DNA of 54,734 nucleotides, the filler included, from Sphacelaria rigidula (Eukaryota), in NCBI GenBank assembly GCA_964200075.2. It is 5 parts of 5 records of this genome, joined end to end, with 100 filler letters (N's around TTAATTAATTAA, not from the genome) between each part and the next. Parts side by side here need not be neighbours in the genome. Positions count along the whole stretch, not along the records: positions 43,870 to 54,734 come from CAXNAA020005769.1; 4 more parts are not named here. One strand, written 5' to 3'. A model generated the notes under the pieces. It was not told the origin of the DNA, searched no databases, and saw only the letters and a list, made by a program, of their open reading frames with translations. The position numbers were made by a program, and so were the translations under genes. The first letter of the stretch is position 1, and each line of letters begins with the position of its first letter. Shown here piece after piece: positions 50,501-54,734 of this stretch.

Positions 50501-52439
50501 CCGAGTTATCTCGAACAACTGATGATGTGGACACTGGGACAAGATTGTAGGTGTGCGCCATCTGCCGCGCAATTCCAAGAACCACGCGGTGATTTAGCGA
50601 AGGTGGTTTTCATCGTTGCTGGCCGACCGTCCACAATGCGTACATCTTATTGGCGCTGCTTCGAGTCGACGTGCCGAAATGCGCTCGCCCAGCTGATTTG
50701 CGTGTAGAAGTTGGTTGGTTTCCTAAAGCAGAAATCGGGGTTCCCCCGTGCGCTGCAAATATTGGCGTTCCGCGCGGTTAGAGGGGGCGACAGAGCAGAG
50801 GAAATGGTTGCGTGCGATTACCGAGACGGCAAGGAGAGCCAAGTTGTCGATTTCTTTGGGGGTAGTACTATTACCCCCGACCTCGACCCCTTGAGCACTA
50901 GAGCGGGTCATGCCTTTTTTAGGGTACTCGTTAGGAGAAGTCTAGTATGTAGTATTTTTAACAACAACATCGTATGACTGCAAGCGGGGGGGTACAGCTA
51001 GACGTATAGGAGAAAAAATGGCTTTAGTCTGGTTCCTTGGGGTGGTGTTTTTGATATTTTTCTGGGATCTCTATGGCTTATCGCGATAGGTGCGGTACTT
51101 TGTCTGTATATGCTGCAAGCACCCTGTCTTTCAGAAACACTTCGTAAACAACGGCATTTTTCACTGGAATCTGATCGATCATCCCAGCTATTGTTGTCGT
51201 CCCATCTATGTCTGTCGATTGATTGATACGTGCGAACATGCTGTTAAAGTGCTTGCACGTGTGCTCGAACCATCTCTTACAATATCAATTGTACAAAATG
51301 GGTGGCTTTGAATCATATTTGCCGACGATCCCTTATGAATCACAGAATCGAGTTGATTATGCCCTTGTTGTGACTCGCATAATGGGGTCCCCATATGGTA
51401 CGCAACGCTCCGGTGTCAGCCTGAAATAGGGCCACGTTGGTGCCACCCTTCTTGGAAACTGACAAGACATCTCGGAGTTAATAGACTCGATAAAGCACGT
51501 GACTCACAGTTATAATGGCAAACATTGATCGGACACGGCCATAACTACCTCTTGCAAGGGTTCCTGCTCAATTCCACCCTCCACATCGCACAAGGTGACG
51601 GAAGATGTTTCCCAAAAGGTTGCACACCAGATACACTTGCTGTACGAATACGAAGGTCAACTTCCATTGTGGCACCTGAAACGCAACTACGCAAAAATCA
51701 CGCTGTATGTCTCACATGCCCCATCATTGCACAGAATAAGTAGGACGTAACAGCAGTCATCGTTCAAGCCCAAGACGGCGCTTGTAAGTCCTTACGGTCG
51801 TCTGATTTTTGCATCCTCCGGTTATTTCGTCAGTAGTACCTTATTATCCTTTTCATTTGAAGCGGAACGTGTTTCGACTCGGTGCACTATTAGACATGGC
51901 TTTGGCTATCTACAAGCTCTTTTTGGGTAGGTGCTGAGCGGATGGATATATTGCCAACTCTCTCTGGGGTGTTTGAGAACAGAAAACGGGATCGAAATCA
52001 CTAAAATCAATAGAATGAACACGGTGATTTCGCCGCACACGTCTTTTGCGGTCGAGTCCAAGCACTGTAGACCTCGTGCTACCCCCTGCGATGCGCACAA
52101 GATTGCAGTCATCACGTTATACTCCTTGGAATTTGAAATGTTAATAGATCGATCCGCCTTTTCTTCGTGCTTGAAAGCCAATACCACATTTTTTAGTAAG
52201 TGCTGGATACAGGCTCTGCACTAGCGCCATGTCAGGGATCTTTGACGTCTCGGCATGTTGTAAGTTATCCCCACGTCTCTTTTATCGCTCCATGTGAAGC
52301 ACTGATGAAATCACATCGAACCTTTTGCGAAGAAAGACTTATCACATCCCCATATCCCGTGCGTATCTCTCTTGTTCCAGTAGACTTCGTAGCGCAGAAG
52401 ATCCAGCATTGCATGTCAGCACAGTGGTACTCCGAAGTA

Positions 52440-52881
52440 AACACGGAATTCTACAGATTGGGGATAGATTTTTCATTGAGGATGAGAACCCGGAGAATTA
52501 TAATCTTCGTATCCACACCTAAGCTTCGCAATATTTTCCCACTCCTTTACCTACTGGTAGCTATTGACAACTGCTACACGCCATACAAACTTGGACCCTG
52601 ATAACCGACATGTTGGGGTCCTAGGTGAAGAAACAATTTTGGGGAATTGAGATGATCCAATCGAATCGCCGAAATTCCCCCAAATTGGTTTTCACCTAGG
52701 ACCCCAATATTTCGGTAATCGAAATCCAAATTTGTATGGCGTGTAGTATTTGTCAATAGCCTCCAGCAACTGAAGAAATGGAATCATATTTCGAATATTT
52801 GGCGTGGATACGAAGATTATGATTCTCCGAGTTTCTTATCTTCAATATATAATCCATCCTCAATTTGTCAAATCCCGTGTC
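52440..52881. mobile_element. 442-bp almost fully palindromic foldback MITE with an apparent 4-bp TSD (AGTA)
   Basis: 52441-52650 pairs with 52672-52880 nearly to the centre. AGTA occurs at 52436-52439 and 52882-52885. Confidence 0.8.
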
Positions 52882-54667
52882 AGTAGTTAGCTCCCTGGGC
52901 ACAATTCGTACCAAAGTTGAGTCGCGTAGGATGTCGAGCCAATTTCATCGACACTTTGTTGGACTTCAACAAAGATGTATTGTTGCCGAGTGTTATACGA
53001 GCTCGCCGGACCTTTTGCAATAGCATGCTGGTGATCCCATAGTCATGGATGTCGCCTGAGTAACGTACGTCCGCACAGGTGGGGTAGTAACCACTAAAGC
53101 AGCGAAAAAATCCACCTTTTCTTGTCCCGTACCACCTCATTTTTCCCGAAAGGGTCGACTAGACTTCGCCCTTCACCTGTCCAAATACGTCACAACTATT
53201 TCTGCAATCGGTCATACGCGTCATGTGCTAAAGTTTGCTCTGAAGAAATGGGGGGGCAAGCGTGCATCGTCCAACCCGAACACCCATGGTATTCATCATC
53301 ATCTACGAAAATACGGAGGCGTTCAAATGTGGGTGAAGAAGGGTTCGGCGGAACAATGTGCCCGATCTCTCGAAGCTACCGAAGGTGTCATTAATGTTGG
53401 ATGCCGGTATATTCCGATGAAAAAACACTTGAACAGGCCATGGCTTCGCTGATCTTGATATCTACGGAGCAACCGTCGAGACCTGTGATGGGCCATGGTG
53501 GAACCTTTGAGCCCCTTCGGTGCCAAAAATGTTGGCGAAACACGGCGTTTAGTTTTTACTTATCGAAAATAAGACGAGACGGTCACTAATCCCCCTTACA
53601 GGATAAGGGCCAGATACGAGAGAAGTGAAACCGACTGAGGTTCAAATGAGTCTCGTGAAGGAGGGTTTGGTCAAGTCATGGCAGAGTTTGTTCGAGAAAA
53701 TAACGCGTGTGTGTGTAGACCCCGTCAGATAGAAGATAATTCCTCAGAGTTACGCCAGCTGCTGCTACTCAAATAACACCGGACGGTGTCCCGTCGAACG
53801 AAGCACACCGTGCCTAGCTGAGCGGTGCCCAGGCGCCCGTCTGTTTTGCGTGTCACGTTCCTGTCAGTAGGTTGATACCTCTGGTTCGTTCACATCACGT
53901 AACCAAGCGCGTGCATGTGCTCTGAATAATGGAAGATAGCGTAAACGGGTCACTACAGCATGAGCATTTCGAAGACTTTGCAATATCGTTTCTCTTGGTT
54001 CAAAACTGTGTCATGAGAAATGTTCCTGCAAAACCCGGAACAATCGGTCTTGATTCATGAGTGTCGAAAACGCGAGAGGAAGTAGCCCCTGTGGCGGCGA
54101 TCAAGTGCTCGTGTTTGTCGTGTCCACTGTCGAGGGATGTGAGCACATTCTAGGTTTGTACCGCAGTCTTGAACAACGGAAGCAACCGCCGGGACTAGCC
54201 CCAACGATTGTTGCATCGAACCAAGTTAGATCTGCACGCAAAATCACTATATAGAATCGAAAAACTCGAAGCCTTAGATGGTAGGTACATCCACTCACCG
54301 GTGGTCTTACCTAGCGCTGAACTACTTGAAAGCTCCAAATCTGTTTTTTTTGTTTTCTTTTCATTATGTGATTAATTATGTCATCATTGACCACGTGACG
54401 TGCGAACCATTGGTGATACATTTAGGTATCGTACCATTTGAGTGCATCACCTGTGAATTTATCGCCGGGGATGTACCACCGGTCTTGCCTCGAGAACGCT
54501 GGTCTTCCAGCGTTGCGGTACACCTCACGTGACAAAGCTTGTCGGCCGAGGCAGCTGAACGTTCTGGGACAGCGGAAGTCACTGCCGCCCTTGGCGAAGT
54601 TTACATCGGGGTGCGGTCTCTCCCTTACTTGTGTCGGTTGCAGGGAACCTGGAAGAGATGTGTGGGG

Positions 54668-54734
54668 GGGTGTACTCATGATCATGCATGCCATAGTCAT
54701 GATACCATTGATCTCGCATCCCTACAAAGCCGGG
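54668..54734 (+). repeat. Dispersed repeat fragment also at ~15088-15153
   Basis: GTGTAC.CATGATCATGC.T.CCA.AGTCAT.A.ACCATTGA.CTCGCATCCCTACAAA is shared. Confidence 0.7.

Noticed and set aside
50465-50540. tRNA gene
   Set aside because: Only a B-box-like motif is present and no cloverleaf can be built.

Overview
This is eukaryotic, intron-rich, transposon-littered DNA of about 50% GC. It is most consistent with a brown alga or related photosynthetic stramenopile, inferred from gene structure and a heterokont-type plastid presequence. The window is not one locus. It is five unrelated contigs of 10868, 10868, 10867, 10866 and 10865 bp, ordered by length and joined by 100-bp N(44)-TTAATTAATTAA-N(44) linkers, so nothing can be inferred across the gaps. 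Contig 1 holds a head-to-head gene pair: a multi-exon protein of tandem bacterial-type cadherin/Ig-like repeats (minus) and the 5' part of a DNMT2/TRDMT1-type C5 cytosine methyltransferase (plus). The DNMT2 has an apparent bipartite plastid-targeting N-terminus, and its second intron carries a decayed Sola3-like DNA transposon. Contig 2 is mostly repeats plus one orphan exon. Contig 3 has a decayed RTE-type LINE, a phased palindrome array and the 3' exons of a hypothetical gene. Contig 4 has nested DNA transposons/MITEs, a pogo-like remnant and two candidate exons. Contig 5 has the last five exons of the DEAD-box helicase DDX42, foldback elements and a structured SINE-like repeat. The best novelty candidate is the putatively plastid-targeted DNMT2. 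No rRNA, true tRNA or CRISPR array was found.
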